A DNA stretch of 64,000 nt from a bacterium (GTDB lineage Bacteria; UBA8248), in contig CBDCRP010000002.1 of the NCBI GenBank assembly GCA_965221165.1, positions 320,001-384,000 on the forward strand, in the 5' to 3' direction. The notes under the pieces are model-generated. The model saw nothing but the letters and a program-made list of their open reading frames with translations. It was not told the origin of the DNA and made no database searches. Shown here in pieces: positions 29,824 through 39,330 of the stretch; within the stretch, counting starts at the first letter, position 1, and every line of letters starts with the position of its first letter. The translations under genes and the position numbers were made by a program.

Positions 29824-31200
29824 TTATGAAAAAAGAAACAAACGAGCGATGTTAAAGTAAATCAAAAGCCCCAGTACATCGACACCAGTCGTGACAAACG
29901 GCCCTGTCGCCACGGCGGGGTCCACCCGAAAACGATGAAGCAGCAACGGCAAAAACGATGCCAGAAGGGCAGAGAACATCATCACCACACATATCGCAAG
30001 CCCCACGACGAAACCCAGCCAGGCGACTGAGGAGAACTGATACGTCGCCAACAATCCCAACAACAGGCCGTAACAAACGCCCAGAAGCGTCCCGACGGTC
30101 ACCTCTTTCGAGATGACGCGAAGCCATGATTTGGGATCGATGCGTCCTGTCGCCAAGCCACGCACCACGATGGTGGCGCTTTGGGTGCCCACGTTGCCCG
30201 CCATGCCGATGATCACCGGCATGAACGCGGCGAGAGCCACGACCTTGCTCAACTCGTCTGAATACTGATGGATCAACTGAGCGGCGAGAATACCGCCCAG
30301 CCAACTGAAAAACAGCCAGGGCAAACGAATCCATGCAAGACGCCTGGCGGAAAGCGACGTCACCTCATCCTGATAGGAATGCGTTCCCGCCATCTTCAAG
30401 ATGTCCTCGGTCGCTTCTTCTCTAATTACGTCGAGTACGTCATCCACCGTTATGATTCCGACCAGAAGATTGTCGTCATCCACTACTGGAATGGCCAAAA
30501 TGTTGTATCGCGAGACAAGACGTGCGATGTGCTCCTGGTCGGCATGCACGTTCTCGCTCCAGACATTGGTGATCATGATTTCAGACAAGGGCTTGGACGG
30601 GTCCGCCAACAAGAGTTGCCGCAGTGTAATCACCCCTCTCAGGCAACCATTGGAGTCTATGACGTACACATAGAAAATGTAGTCCACCTCGCTGGCCTTC
30701 CTGACCTGGGAGATGGCTTCATTAACCGTGAGTTCCTCATGAAGGGCCACATAGGAATCCGTCATGATGGCGCCGGCGGTTTGCGGCAGATACGCCATCA
30801 TGTCCTGTATCGCCTCTGTTTCCGGCGCATCGAGGAGCGCGACTATTTCCTGGGAACGCTCCTCGGGCAGGGTCTCCAGAATATATCTCGCGTCGTCGCT
30901 GTCCAATTCCTTGATGAGTGGAATAACGTCTTCGTTCGCCACCGGCTCCAGGAGTTCCCGGACGATGTGGGAGTCCGATTCCGTCAGAATGGAGGCCCGG
31001 TGTTCCTGGTTTCGAACCAGGGAAAACGCCTCCTGGCGTTCTTCGGGCAGGAAATGCTGAAAAATCTGCGCCACTTCGGCTGCGTGCATTTTTTCCAGCG
31101 CATTGGAAAGATTGGCACTGGCCTTGTGTCTCAAGAGCCGGCGCACCATGTCTTCTACGCGAAGAAGTCTCGGATCACGCTCGTTCACCATGGTTTGCAC
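29824..31200 (-). CDS. mgtE: Magnesium transporter MgtE
   Basis: N-domain plus CBS pair, GMAGNVGTQ and DPAVATGPFVTTGVD. Confidence 0.95.
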   Translation of the reverse strand: MQTMVNERDPRLLRVEDMVRRLLRHKASANLSNALEKMHAAEVAQIFQHFLPEERQEAFSLVRNQEHRASILTESDSHIVRELLEPVANEDVIPLIKELDSDDARYILETLPEERSQEIVALLDAPETEAIQDMMAYLPQTAGAIMTDSYVALHEELTVNEAISQVRKASEVDYIFYVYVIDSNGCLRGVITLRQLLLADPSKPLSEIMITNVWSENVHADQEHIARLVSRYNILAIPVVDDDNLLVGIITVDDVLDVIREEATEDILKMAGTHSYQDEVTSLSARRLAWIRLPWLFFSWLGGILAAQLIHQYSDELSKVVALAAFMPVIIGMAGNVGTQSATIVVRGLATGRIDPKSWLRVISKEVTVGTLLGVCYGLLLGLLATYQFSSVAWLGFVVGLAICVVMMFSALLASFLPLLLHRFRVDPAVATGPFVTTGVDVLGLLIYFNIARLFLFS

Positions 31201-31389
31201 TCCAGGAAATCACGCAAACACAGCGTCCAAAAGGGCGTAGAGTCTATTGGACACCTTTGGGAGTGTCAATCATCTTGTGTTACGGGCAAACTTGGCATAT
31301 CTTGGTAGCGAATTGTCGTTGACGCCACCGAGATATTGATAGGCGCAGCCATCATCCTATCGCCCGTCCACTCTGGGGAGTACCTCACT

Positions 31390-33105
31390 ATCGCTAGACT
31401 TCATGGTCGCCTCACCGGGCTGAAGCCTAAGCAAATGAAGGTCTTGGAAAGACTTTACCGCCGGAAAATACCCCCCAACCAATTCATTCACTTAGAACTC
31501 GGTCGTGAATTGGCGCTCCTGTCTCATGAAATCTCGCGTCAGATTGGACTGCTCATTGATCGACTAGGCGTAGTGCGCTACGTGATCATCGGCGATGCGA
31601 AGGGAATCGAAATACCGGAACTAGGCCGCGCACGGGCCGGGATGGCCAGATTCAGAGGCCTTCGGTGCGTTCATACACACTTGAACGCCTCCCCGCTGTC
31701 CCAGGAAGACCTGACGGATATGGCCCTTTTGCGCCTCGACGCCATGGGGGCCATCGAAGTATTGGGGGACGGTAATACGGGCCGCTTCCACTTGGCCCAC
31801 ATCACTCCTCGGCCTCCTGCCGAAAATGAACTAGACAACGGCCACTCGACATTTATGGAGAATCGCACTCCCTGGGAAATTCAGTCATTCCCCAACCTGG
31901 AATCGAATCGGATTAACATCGAAGTTCTCATCAACTCCCTCGAAAATGAATTCGCCCGCCTTCAAAAATCATCCATCCAGCTCGAAGAGGGAGAGCGCGC
32001 TTTATTGGTGCATCTCGATAACGGGCAGAACACGAACCGCTCGGCCGAAACCGAGTTTGAAGAATTAGCTCTCCTCACACGCGAGGCCGGTTTCATACCT
32101 TGCGGGAGAATTCTGCAGCGCCGCAAAAAGCCGGACCCTCGTTTCGTCATCGGCAAAGGCCGGCTGGCGGATGTCTTGATGAACTCGATGCAGGTGGGAG
32201 CCGAGGCATTGTTCTTCTCCAATGAGTTGACACCCTCGCAAATCAAGAATTTATCTGAATTCACCGATCTGAAAATTCTCGACCGGACACAAATTATCCT
32301 CGATATCTTCGCCCAGAGGGCAAAGAGCCGTGTGGGAAAACTTCAGGTGGAACTGGCATTACTGCGGTATACGCTACCCCGCATCTCATCCCAACACACG
32401 GCCTTGAGCAGGCTCACCGGTGGTATCGGCGGCAGGGGACCGGGTGAAACAAAATTGGAGATCCACCGTCGCCGCGCATTCGAGCGCATTCGCAGAGTGG
32501 AAAAAGAACTTGAAAATTTACAAAGAAAACGCTCTCAGGGCAGACGCCTCCGCCGGCGTCGCCAAGTGCCGGTTTTATCCCTGGTGGGCTACACCAATGC
32601 GGGGAAATCCACACTTCTGAACGTCTTAACGAATAGCGACGTTTTGGCCGAGAACCGACTTTTCGCCTCTTTGGACACATCAAGCCGAAGGCTCAGGCTC
32701 CCACGCGAGCAGGAAGTCATTATTACGGATACCGTCGGTTTTATTCATGACCTCCCTCAAGAGCTGATAGGGGCATTCCGCTCGACATTGGAGGAATTGA
32801 GTGAAGCGGACCTTCTTCTTCATGTGATTGACGCCTCATCTCCACATTGTGAGGACAACCTCTTTTCGGTAGAGAAAATCCTGGATGAGATTGGGCTGAA
32901 AGACACGCCTCTCATTCGGGTTTTCAATAAAATCGACCAGACGGACGATATCCGCCTGGCCAATCTGTGCCGTCGATTCAACGGCATCGCCGTGAGCGGC
33001 ATAGATCCCGAGAGCCTAGTTCCTCTAGTAGAGGAGGCAGCCTCCCGCCTATCGAGCATGGACAAGCAAGATGAGATGCAAAAATACGAACAAATCGCAA
33101 ACTAA
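31390..33105 (+). CDS. hflX: GTPase HflX (long N-terminal form), start probably ATC at 31390 (TTG 31336 is the alternative)
   Basis: GGIGGRGPGETKLE, GYTNAGKS, DTVGF and NKID. Confidence 0.93.
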   Translation: MARLHGRLTGLKPKQMKVLERLYRRKIPPNQFIHLELGRELALLSHEISRQIGLLIDRLGVVRYVIIGDAKGIEIPELGRARAGMARFRGLRCVHTHLNASPLSQEDLTDMALLRLDAMGAIEVLGDGNTGRFHLAHITPRPPAENELDNGHSTFMENRTPWEIQSFPNLESNRINIEVLINSLENEFARLQKSSIQLEEGERALLVHLDNGQNTNRSAETEFEELALLTREAGFIPCGRILQRRKKPDPRFVIGKGRLADVLMNSMQVGAEALFFSNELTPSQIKNLSEFTDLKILDRTQIILDIFAQRAKSRVGKLQVELALLRYTLPRISSQHTALSRLTGGIGGRGPGETKLEIHRRRAFERIRRVEKELENLQRKRSQGRRLRRRRQVPVLSLVGYTNAGKSTLLNVLTNSDVLAENRLFASLDTSSRRLRLPREQEVIITDTVGFIHDLPQELIGAFRSTLEELSEADLLLHVIDASSPHCEDNLFSVEKILDEIGLKDTPLIRVFNKIDQTDDIRLANLCRRFNGIAVSGIDPESLVPLVEEAASRLSSMDKQDEMQKYEQIAN

Positions 33106-33762
33106 TTTTTACTTTGCAAGAAAATTTCTCTTTTTGTCTATTTTGCTGATGGGTTTTCTGGCTGGTGGTTGTGCTGGAACCGGCCTTTCGTCGCAAGACA
33201 TCTGGGAAAAGACGAAATCCACCGCTCAATCCGCATACGTCAAGACCCAGCGAGCCGTTACGAACACCTTGATCTCCATAGGGAAATACCAACGAGAAAA
33301 CGCATACGAACAACAAAGCACCCAGGAAACAAAAACCACGCCAGATAAAATACAAAAAACAAAAGAAAAACCATCATTCGGCCCACCGAAACACCCCGTC
33401 TTCAAGACCGGTTTCCATCCAGAATGCCTCCTGCGCAGGAAGAAAACCTGAGCCTCGGACAAGCCCGGCAGACCGCCAAGAGAAACACACAGGGTGAAGA
33501 CTCGAGAGACACGGTTTTGGCGCCCCCCACGACGATGGCCCCGGAAGAATTGCGACAACGCATCCAAGAAATCGAACGAGAGCGAATTCACTCAAAAAAT
33601 CCCGACAGAAGACGCACGCTGGCTCATGAACAGAGGAAATTGGAGGAACTGTTGCTCAAATCCCAAAAAGAAGAGGTCATCATCGAGGAAATGGAGCAAT
33701 TACGTCGCCGGTTGAGAAAACTGCAAGAAGATTTGCTCAAAATTCAACAAACCGATCGCTAA
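33071..33762 (+). CDS. Putative lipoprotein with C-terminal coiled coil, split by a frameshift (or two small genes)
   Basis: ORF 33071-33451 has a signal peptide and lipobox LAGGC. ORF 33424-33762 is a coiled coil whose frame is open back to 33349 across an A-rich tract. Confidence 0.5.
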
Positions 33763-33771
33763 AGAGTCAGG

Positions 33772-36495
33772 CTACTTCAAAGAATTGCTCGATACAGTCA
33801 CCAGGCATTCTTTACTCGGCTTCATAAAATGACGCGCGGCTTCTTTGACGGAATTCATATCCACCCGTTCAATTTGCCGCTTAGTTTCTTCGAGCGTTTC
33901 CCATCCCAAACCATGGGTGAATCTGCCCGCCAGGTCGGCCGCTCTCGCAAAGGCCCGCTGATGACTGCGAGACAACCCTCCAATGAGATAAGACTTGGCC
34001 CGATGGAATTCCTCATCACCGAGCCCTTGGAGGCTTACGCGCGCAATTTCCTGACGCATCAAATCGATGGCCAGTTTTTCCTTTCCCCCGGGCGTAGCCG
34101 CATAAATCGAAATGGGGCCCGGATCGAGAGATTCCTGAGAGGAAACGCTCACATCGTAGGCAAGACCACGCTTTTCTCTCAACTCCAGGAAGAGCCCTCC
34201 GCCTTGACTGCCCAAGACCGCCGCGATGACGGCAAGCGCATATCTTGCGGGATCGTGAAATGTCGTTCCCAAAAAAGACATATGGATATGGCTTTGCGAC
34301 GCTCCATCAAGCACATACGAGCGAAAACGCCTCCTCGAGAGGCTTCTGGGCGGAGCCGGCTGGAGAACAGGTGTTTCCCGAGGGGCGCTTCTTGCCCAAG
34401 GCGTCAACATTTCCGGGAGATTTTTTTTCAAACACGAGACGTCAAAATTGCCGGCGACTGCCAGGACCAAATTCGTGGGAGATGTTCTTCTTCGCCATTC
34501 TCGCCTCAAAACCCTCTGGTTGAAGGCGGCTATCGTCTTGGGAGTTCCAAGAGGATGGCGACCCAATGGATGTTTTCCATATAAAAGCTGATACCCCTTG
34601 AGCCGGCAGCATTGCCCCAGATCATCGAGTTCGCTGTCGCGCTCCGCATTGAGCTCGGCCCGGGCGAATTCAACATCATCCTCATCAAAAGCGGGCGCAG
34701 ACATGACCTCCACGAATTTTTCCATCACTTCGGGCAAAACCGCGCTAAGGCCGGAAGCAGTCAGCCCAAAAGTATTTCTCCCGGCAAACCCATCGATACT
34801 GGCGCCCAAACCCTCCACCTCTTTCGTAAGGACGAACGATGGGCAATTCCGGGTCGCCATGGGAGCTACAGACATCATCAGGGCATGCAGTCCGCCCTGT
34901 CGGGCGGATTCATTTCTTTGCCCCCCCGGGAATACGGCTCGTAAAGAGAAAACAAGGGGGCCGCTTCCAGGCAACATGACCAACCGCCCGCCACCGGGAA
35001 GCCTCGCCTCCATGGGTTTGTTCTTTGTCTTTGAGAGCCTTGAATTCCCGGCAAAATCTCTCCTTCGAGAAACGGAGCGGGCATGATCGGATGATGCCGA
35101 TTTTTCCGCTATGTCTCGATTTCTATTCGTGATGTCCTGTTTTTTCTCGCCACCATCGTTGAATCCGCTCAGTATCGCTTTTCGAATTCTTCGCACACCG
35201 ACTCCCGGTGCTTCCCCTTTGGGGAAGAACACGCCCGCGGTCAATCGCGATGGCGCCAGATACCGTCTCGCCACATCCGTGACGTCATTCGCATTCACCT
35301 CCATCAGCATCTTCATGTACTTCAAATAATAATTTGCGTCCCCGGTAATCAATTCGGAATAACCCGCCACATGGGCGCGCCCCGTCATTCTCTCGCGCCG
35401 AAACTCCAAACCGGTCAGATAATTCATACGTACCTTATCCAACTCATCCGGGGTGGTCGGTTTATCCCCGATGATTTGCTTCGCCACCTGAAGAATCTGC
35501 TCGGCAGCCTTCTCGACGTTTTCCGATGCGGCATACCCGCCCAAGAAAAACAGTCCCGGCCCTCCAGACAAACAGGTGTCTGCAGAAACATCGAACATCA
35601 AGGAGGTATCCATGCAAAGATGCCCATACAGGCGGGAGCTTTCGCCCGCTCCGAGAACGATGCCGAGCACCTCTAGCGCGGGAGCATCCCGGTGGGTCAA
35701 AGGAGGAATTTCAAAGGCAAGATCGAGGTGCGCCGTTCCCGTGCGGCCGCGTCGCACAACGATGCGCGGCCCTGCTTTCAGAGGGGCCGGCCCGGGAACT
35801 TTCGGCATTTTTCTGCGACCGGGTTTCGGCCACTTGATGCGCAATTTTTTTTGTCTTTTTCTCAAAATAGATTTGATTCTGGAGACATCGAAGGCGCCGG
35901 CAAACACCAGGAAGGCCGATGAGGGCGAATAGAATTTCTCGTGATATTTTCTCAATTCTCCCGCACTTATATTCTTCAGCGTGCGCCGCGTGCCTAGAAT
36001 GGCGCGTCCATAAGGATGCCGGTAGCCGTACGCCTCACGATAGAGATGATATTGAAGCAACTGGTCCGGTTGTTCGTATGTGCGATTCAACTCGGAGAGA
36101 ATGACCTGTCTTTCCTGGTGAACCTCGTTCTCGTCAAACCGTGGCCACCAAAGCGCATCGAGGAGCGCTTCCAGACACCCCTCGAATTTATCCGGCATCG
36201 ATATCAGGTCGTAATGGGTGGATTCGCTCGTCGTGTAGGCGTTAATGTCTCCACCGGAAGACTCGGCCAGCGAAGCGAGTTCCCCTACTTCCAAATTTTG
36301 GGAACCCTTGAATATCATATGCTCTAAAAAATGGGAGATGCCCTCGAGCGGGTCTGTTTCAGTGAGGCTGCCGACGCGAAACCATGCCTGCACGCTCACG
36401 GCGGGAACTGTGGAATCCGGCAGAAAAAGACAAACTGGGCCTCCCCTCACTCGGGAGACGAGAGGTTCCATATCTTTGGTGAACTCTTCGTTCAT
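33772..36495 (-). CDS. M16 family zinc metallopeptidase (PqqL/pitrilysin-like)
   Basis: Inverted zinc motif HFLEHMIFKG, NAYT and LREKRGLAY. Confidence 0.9.
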   Translation of the reverse strand: MNEEFTKDMEPLVSRVRGGPVCLFLPDSTVPAVSVQAWFRVGSLTETDPLEGISHFLEHMIFKGSQNLEVGELASLAESSGGDINAYTTSESTHYDLISMPDKFEGCLEALLDALWWPRFDENEVHQERQVILSELNRTYEQPDQLLQYHLYREAYGYRHPYGRAILGTRRTLKNISAGELRKYHEKFYSPSSAFLVFAGAFDVSRIKSILRKRQKKLRIKWPKPGRRKMPKVPGPAPLKAGPRIVVRRGRTGTAHLDLAFEIPPLTHRDAPALEVLGIVLGAGESSRLYGHLCMDTSLMFDVSADTCLSGGPGLFFLGGYAASENVEKAAEQILQVAKQIIGDKPTTPDELDKVRMNYLTGLEFRRERMTGRAHVAGYSELITGDANYYLKYMKMLMEVNANDVTDVARRYLAPSRLTAGVFFPKGEAPGVGVRRIRKAILSGFNDGGEKKQDITNRNRDIAEKSASSDHARSVSRRRDFAGNSRLSKTKNKPMEARLPGGGRLVMLPGSGPLVFSLRAVFPGGQRNESARQGGLHALMMSVAPMATRNCPSFVLTKEVEGLGASIDGFAGRNTFGLTASGLSAVLPEVMEKFVEVMSAPAFDEDDVEFARAELNAERDSELDDLGQCCRLKGYQLLYGKHPLGRHPLGTPKTIAAFNQRVLRREWRRRTSPTNLVLAVAGNFDVSCLKKNLPEMLTPWARSAPRETPVLQPAPPRSLSRRRFRSYVLDGASQSHIHMSFLGTTFHDPARYALAVIAAVLGSQGGGLFLELREKRGLAYDVSVSSQESLDPGPISIYAATPGGKEKLAIDLMRQEIARVSLQGLGDEEFHRAKSYLIGGLSRSHQRAFARAADLAGRFTHGLGWETLEETKRQIERVDMNSVKEAARHFMKPSKECLVTVSSNSLK

Positions 36496-36589
36496 ATCGC
36501 CTTGAAATTTCTTGAACCAGCATTAAATAGGCCTTTTTTCGCCCATGTAGCTGATTCGACTTCACCTGAATCCAGAATTGGCGAATCCC

Positions 36590-36617
36590 TTGACTTCTAG
36601 CGAACGGAGCGTATCAT
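36590..36617 (+). promoter_or_regulatory. Possible sigma70 promoter of the ferredoxin-uxaA unit
   Basis: TTGACT-16 nt-TATCAT in a divergent intergenic region. Confidence 0.4.
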
Positions 36618-36720
36618 CTCCCTCTGGTAAAGTCATTCAGAAATGATGTCGAGAGATTTTGAAGCCTCACGCGAAAAAATTCCATAAGAGACTATCGCTA
36701 ATTTGAAAAGAGGATGGCCC

Positions 36721-37062
36721 GTGGAACATATCAAAAGACACGTTTTCGTCTGCATCAACCAACGCCCACCGAATCATCCCATGGGCTGTTGCCAGAGCAA
36801 GGGCAGCATCGAAGTCGCACAAGCGATTACGGAGGCGATTGGCTCGAATGACGACCTCGCTGCGGATACGGCCATGGCAGGCGCGACTTGCCTGGGTCCG
36901 TGCACGATGGGTCCCACCCTAGTCGTCTACCCGGAGGGCGTCTGGTACACGGGCGTGAAGGTAGAGGACGTTCCTGAACTCATAGAGGAACACCTGAGAA
37001 ACGGTCGCCCGGTCGAGAGACTGCGGTTAAGGCTGCCCGGAAACGTCGAAAACAACGATTAG
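36721..37062 (+). CDS. Thioredoxin-like [2Fe-2S] ferredoxin
   Basis: HVFVC..., GCC, TCLGPC..GPTLVVYPEGVWY. Confidence 0.9.
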   Translation: MEHIKRHVFVCINQRPPNHPMGCCQSKGSIEVAQAITEAIGSNDDLAADTAMAGATCLGPCTMGPTLVVYPEGVWYTGVKVEDVPELIEEHLRNGRPVERLRLRLPGNVENND

Positions 37063-37083
37063 AATGAAAATGGAGACCCCTCG

Positions 37084-37356
37084 ATGAGCCGTGGGCTGGT
37101 GATGCACTCGAAAGACAATGTTGCCACCGTGCTGGAGGACATCGCCTCCGAGCAAAATGTGGAAATCGAAGGTGGTGGGGAAATTTTGATGATTTACGCG
37201 ACGGAAGCGATTCCTTTTGGCCACAAAATCGCACTGCGAAAGATATCCTCAAGCGGAAAAGTACTCAAATACGGCGAGGTCATCGGCACCGCCACGCAAA
37301 ACATATCCGCCGGTAGCCACGTTCACGTTCACAACATCAAGAGCACCAGAGGCTAG
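37084..37356 (+). CDS. UxaA/SuyA-like dehydratase small subunit (SAF domain)
   Basis: DNVAT, IPFGHKIAL, KYGEVIG and GSHVHVHN. Confidence 0.88.
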   Translation: MSRGLVMHSKDNVATVLEDIASEQNVEIEGGGEILMIYATEAIPFGHKIALRKISSSGKVLKYGEVIGTATQNISAGSHVHVHNIKSTRG

Positions 37357-37358
37357 GC

Positions 37359-38537
37359 ATGCCCAGAAAAAGGGGCACCCCTACTTTTTGGGGCTACAGA
37401 AGGCCCGAGGGTCCTCCGGGCGGCCGGAATCATCTCGCCATTATCAGCGGGATGGACAATTCAAACCCTATTGTCCGTAGAATCGGCTCACTGGTACGAG
37501 ACGCCACCCCCGTCAACACATCGTTCGGACGCGCTCTGATGGGTGAGGACGAGGAACAGCATTGGCGGGTAATGGGGCACACCGCCGCGCACCCCAACGT
37601 AGGGGCAGCCATTATCGTGAGCTTAGAACCCAAGAGTGCCAACGCCATTGCGGAAGTAGCCACGAGAACATCCCCCTGGATGCCCATAGAGGCTGTGAAC
37701 ATCCAGGAAATCGGGGGCACGCTCAGCACCACCTCTCATGTCGTGGAACTCGCCACAAAACTTTCTGCCCACCTCGCATCCGCCAAGCGGGTTCGCTGTG
37801 AGTTGGGAGAACTCACCATCGGGGCCGAATGCGGGGGTTCTGATACGACCAGCGGCGTCATTTCGAACCCCGTGACGGGAATGGTCGCCGATAAGGTCGT
37901 AGAGGCGGGGGGATCGGTCATCTTCTCCGAGACACTGGAAATTGTGGGGGCCGAGCATCTTCTCGCCCGCCGGGCCGCAGACAGAAAAACGGCGCAGAGA
38001 ATCATCGCTTCCGCCAAAAGCGCCGTTGATTACGCCGAAAGCATCGGCGTCGACTTCATCGGCTCGAATCCGGCGCCCGATAACATCCGGGGCGGTCTTT
38101 CATCCATTGAGGAAAAAAGCCTGGGAGCCATCAAAAAAGCGGGCAGCCATCCCATCGTCGAGGTCGTTGGCGTGGGCGAGCGCCCCTCGAAAAAAGGCAC
38201 CATCTTCGCCGACGCTCCTTGCGCAGGCGTAGAAAACATATCTTCGCTCGCGGCCAGCGGAGCGCAAGCGATTATTTTCTCGACCGGCATCGGCAATCCG
38301 ATCGGTCATCCCATTTCCCCCACCATCAAGGTGACCGGAAATCCCCGAACCGCCCGGACGATGGCCGAGAACATCGATGTGGACATCAGCGGCGTCATGG
38401 AAGGGACGATGCGCATCGATGAAGCGAGGGATTTGCTCGAAAAAGAACTAATCGCGGTGATGAGTGGAAAACTCACGACATCAGAGCTTTTGGGAGAGAC
38501 CGAACTCACGGTCAGCCGGGCCGCATTAAGCCTCTAA
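37359..38537 (+). CDS. UxaA/GarD/SuyB family dehydratase large subunit
   Basis: GYRRPEG..GGRN, HPNVGA, ECGGSD, GGLSSIEEKSLGA and FSTG.G. Confidence 0.88.
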   Translation: MPRKRGTPTFWGYRRPEGPPGGRNHLAIISGMDNSNPIVRRIGSLVRDATPVNTSFGRALMGEDEEQHWRVMGHTAAHPNVGAAIIVSLEPKSANAIAEVATRTSPWMPIEAVNIQEIGGTLSTTSHVVELATKLSAHLASAKRVRCELGELTIGAECGGSDTTSGVISNPVTGMVADKVVEAGGSVIFSETLEIVGAEHLLARRAADRKTAQRIIASAKSAVDYAESIGVDFIGSNPAPDNIRGGLSSIEEKSLGAIKKAGSHPIVEVVGVGERPSKKGTIFADAPCAGVENISSLAASGAQAIIFSTGIGNPIGHPISPTIKVTGNPRTARTMAENIDVDISGVMEGTMRIDEARDLLEKELIAVMSGKLTTSELLGETELTVSRAALSL

Positions 38538-38583
38538 AACCTCTTGTTGCGAGCAACTCAGCCGACCAAAAGACGTCCGCAGC

Positions 38584-39096
38584 TTAAAAACCCATCCCCA
38601 CGATGAGCCGATTCCAGGCGTTGATGAGCGCGATGGCGCCGAGAAGTTCCACTATCTGCGCTTCTGAATAGTGCGCCTTGAGCGCCTCAAAAGTCTCATC
38701 GGAAACACTCACCCCCTGTGTGCTTTCCTCACAAAGGCGCAGCGCCGCTTTTTCTGGATCATTGAAGAGGTCGCTCGAGGAACCCTCTTGCGCGGCTTTT
38801 GTCTTCTCATCACCCACCTTGTGCATCCTTGCCATGTTTGAATGCATGTTCGTGCAAAAATGGCACCCGTTGAGCACCGATGCGCGAATGTTCAGGATTT
38901 CCTTGAAACCTATGTCGATCTCTCCCGGGCCATCCGCCACCGTGGTCAAGCTCAATAAAGATCGCAAGAAATCCGGTTTATGGGCCAAGGCCTTCACCGG
39001 TGGAATCACGACGCCGAATTGTTTTTTCAAATTCTCCATGATGCGTTTTGCGGACGCTTCCGCCTGTTCGGGCTCTAACTGGGAAATCCGTGCCAT
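38584..39096 (-). CDS. AhpD/carboxymuconolactone decarboxylase family peroxidase-like protein
   Basis: RASVLNGCHFCTNMH and INAWNR. Confidence 0.85.
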   Translation of the reverse strand: MARISQLEPEQAEASAKRIMENLKKQFGVVIPPVKALAHKPDFLRSLLSLTTVADGPGEIDIGFKEILNIRASVLNGCHFCTNMHSNMARMHKVGDEKTKAAQEGSSSDLFNDPEKAALRLCEESTQGVSVSDETFEALKAHYSEAQIVELLGAIALINAWNRLIVGMGF

Positions 39097-39330
39097 TCCA
39101 TGCTCCTTAGATTGATTCGTCGGGGTGGATGCTTGCGCACGAGAGATACGCTCATTCCACCGATATTTACGTCACCTCGAGGGTACCGGTCAATGAATAC
39201 TCCAAAACCACCCCGCATACCGCTATAAACTCTAATGAGCGGAAGCACAAAACATCTTCTTTTGTTAAACTATACTCCTGTGAATTTCCTGTTTTCTGCG
39301 GCATTCGCCTTAAACGAATGGATGAACCCT

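Noticed and set aside
33449-33715. Sec read-through of the TGA at 33449-33451 into ORF 33494-33715
   Set aside because: The continuation looks like a shadow frame of the coiled-coil ORF, with no redox motif or SECIS.
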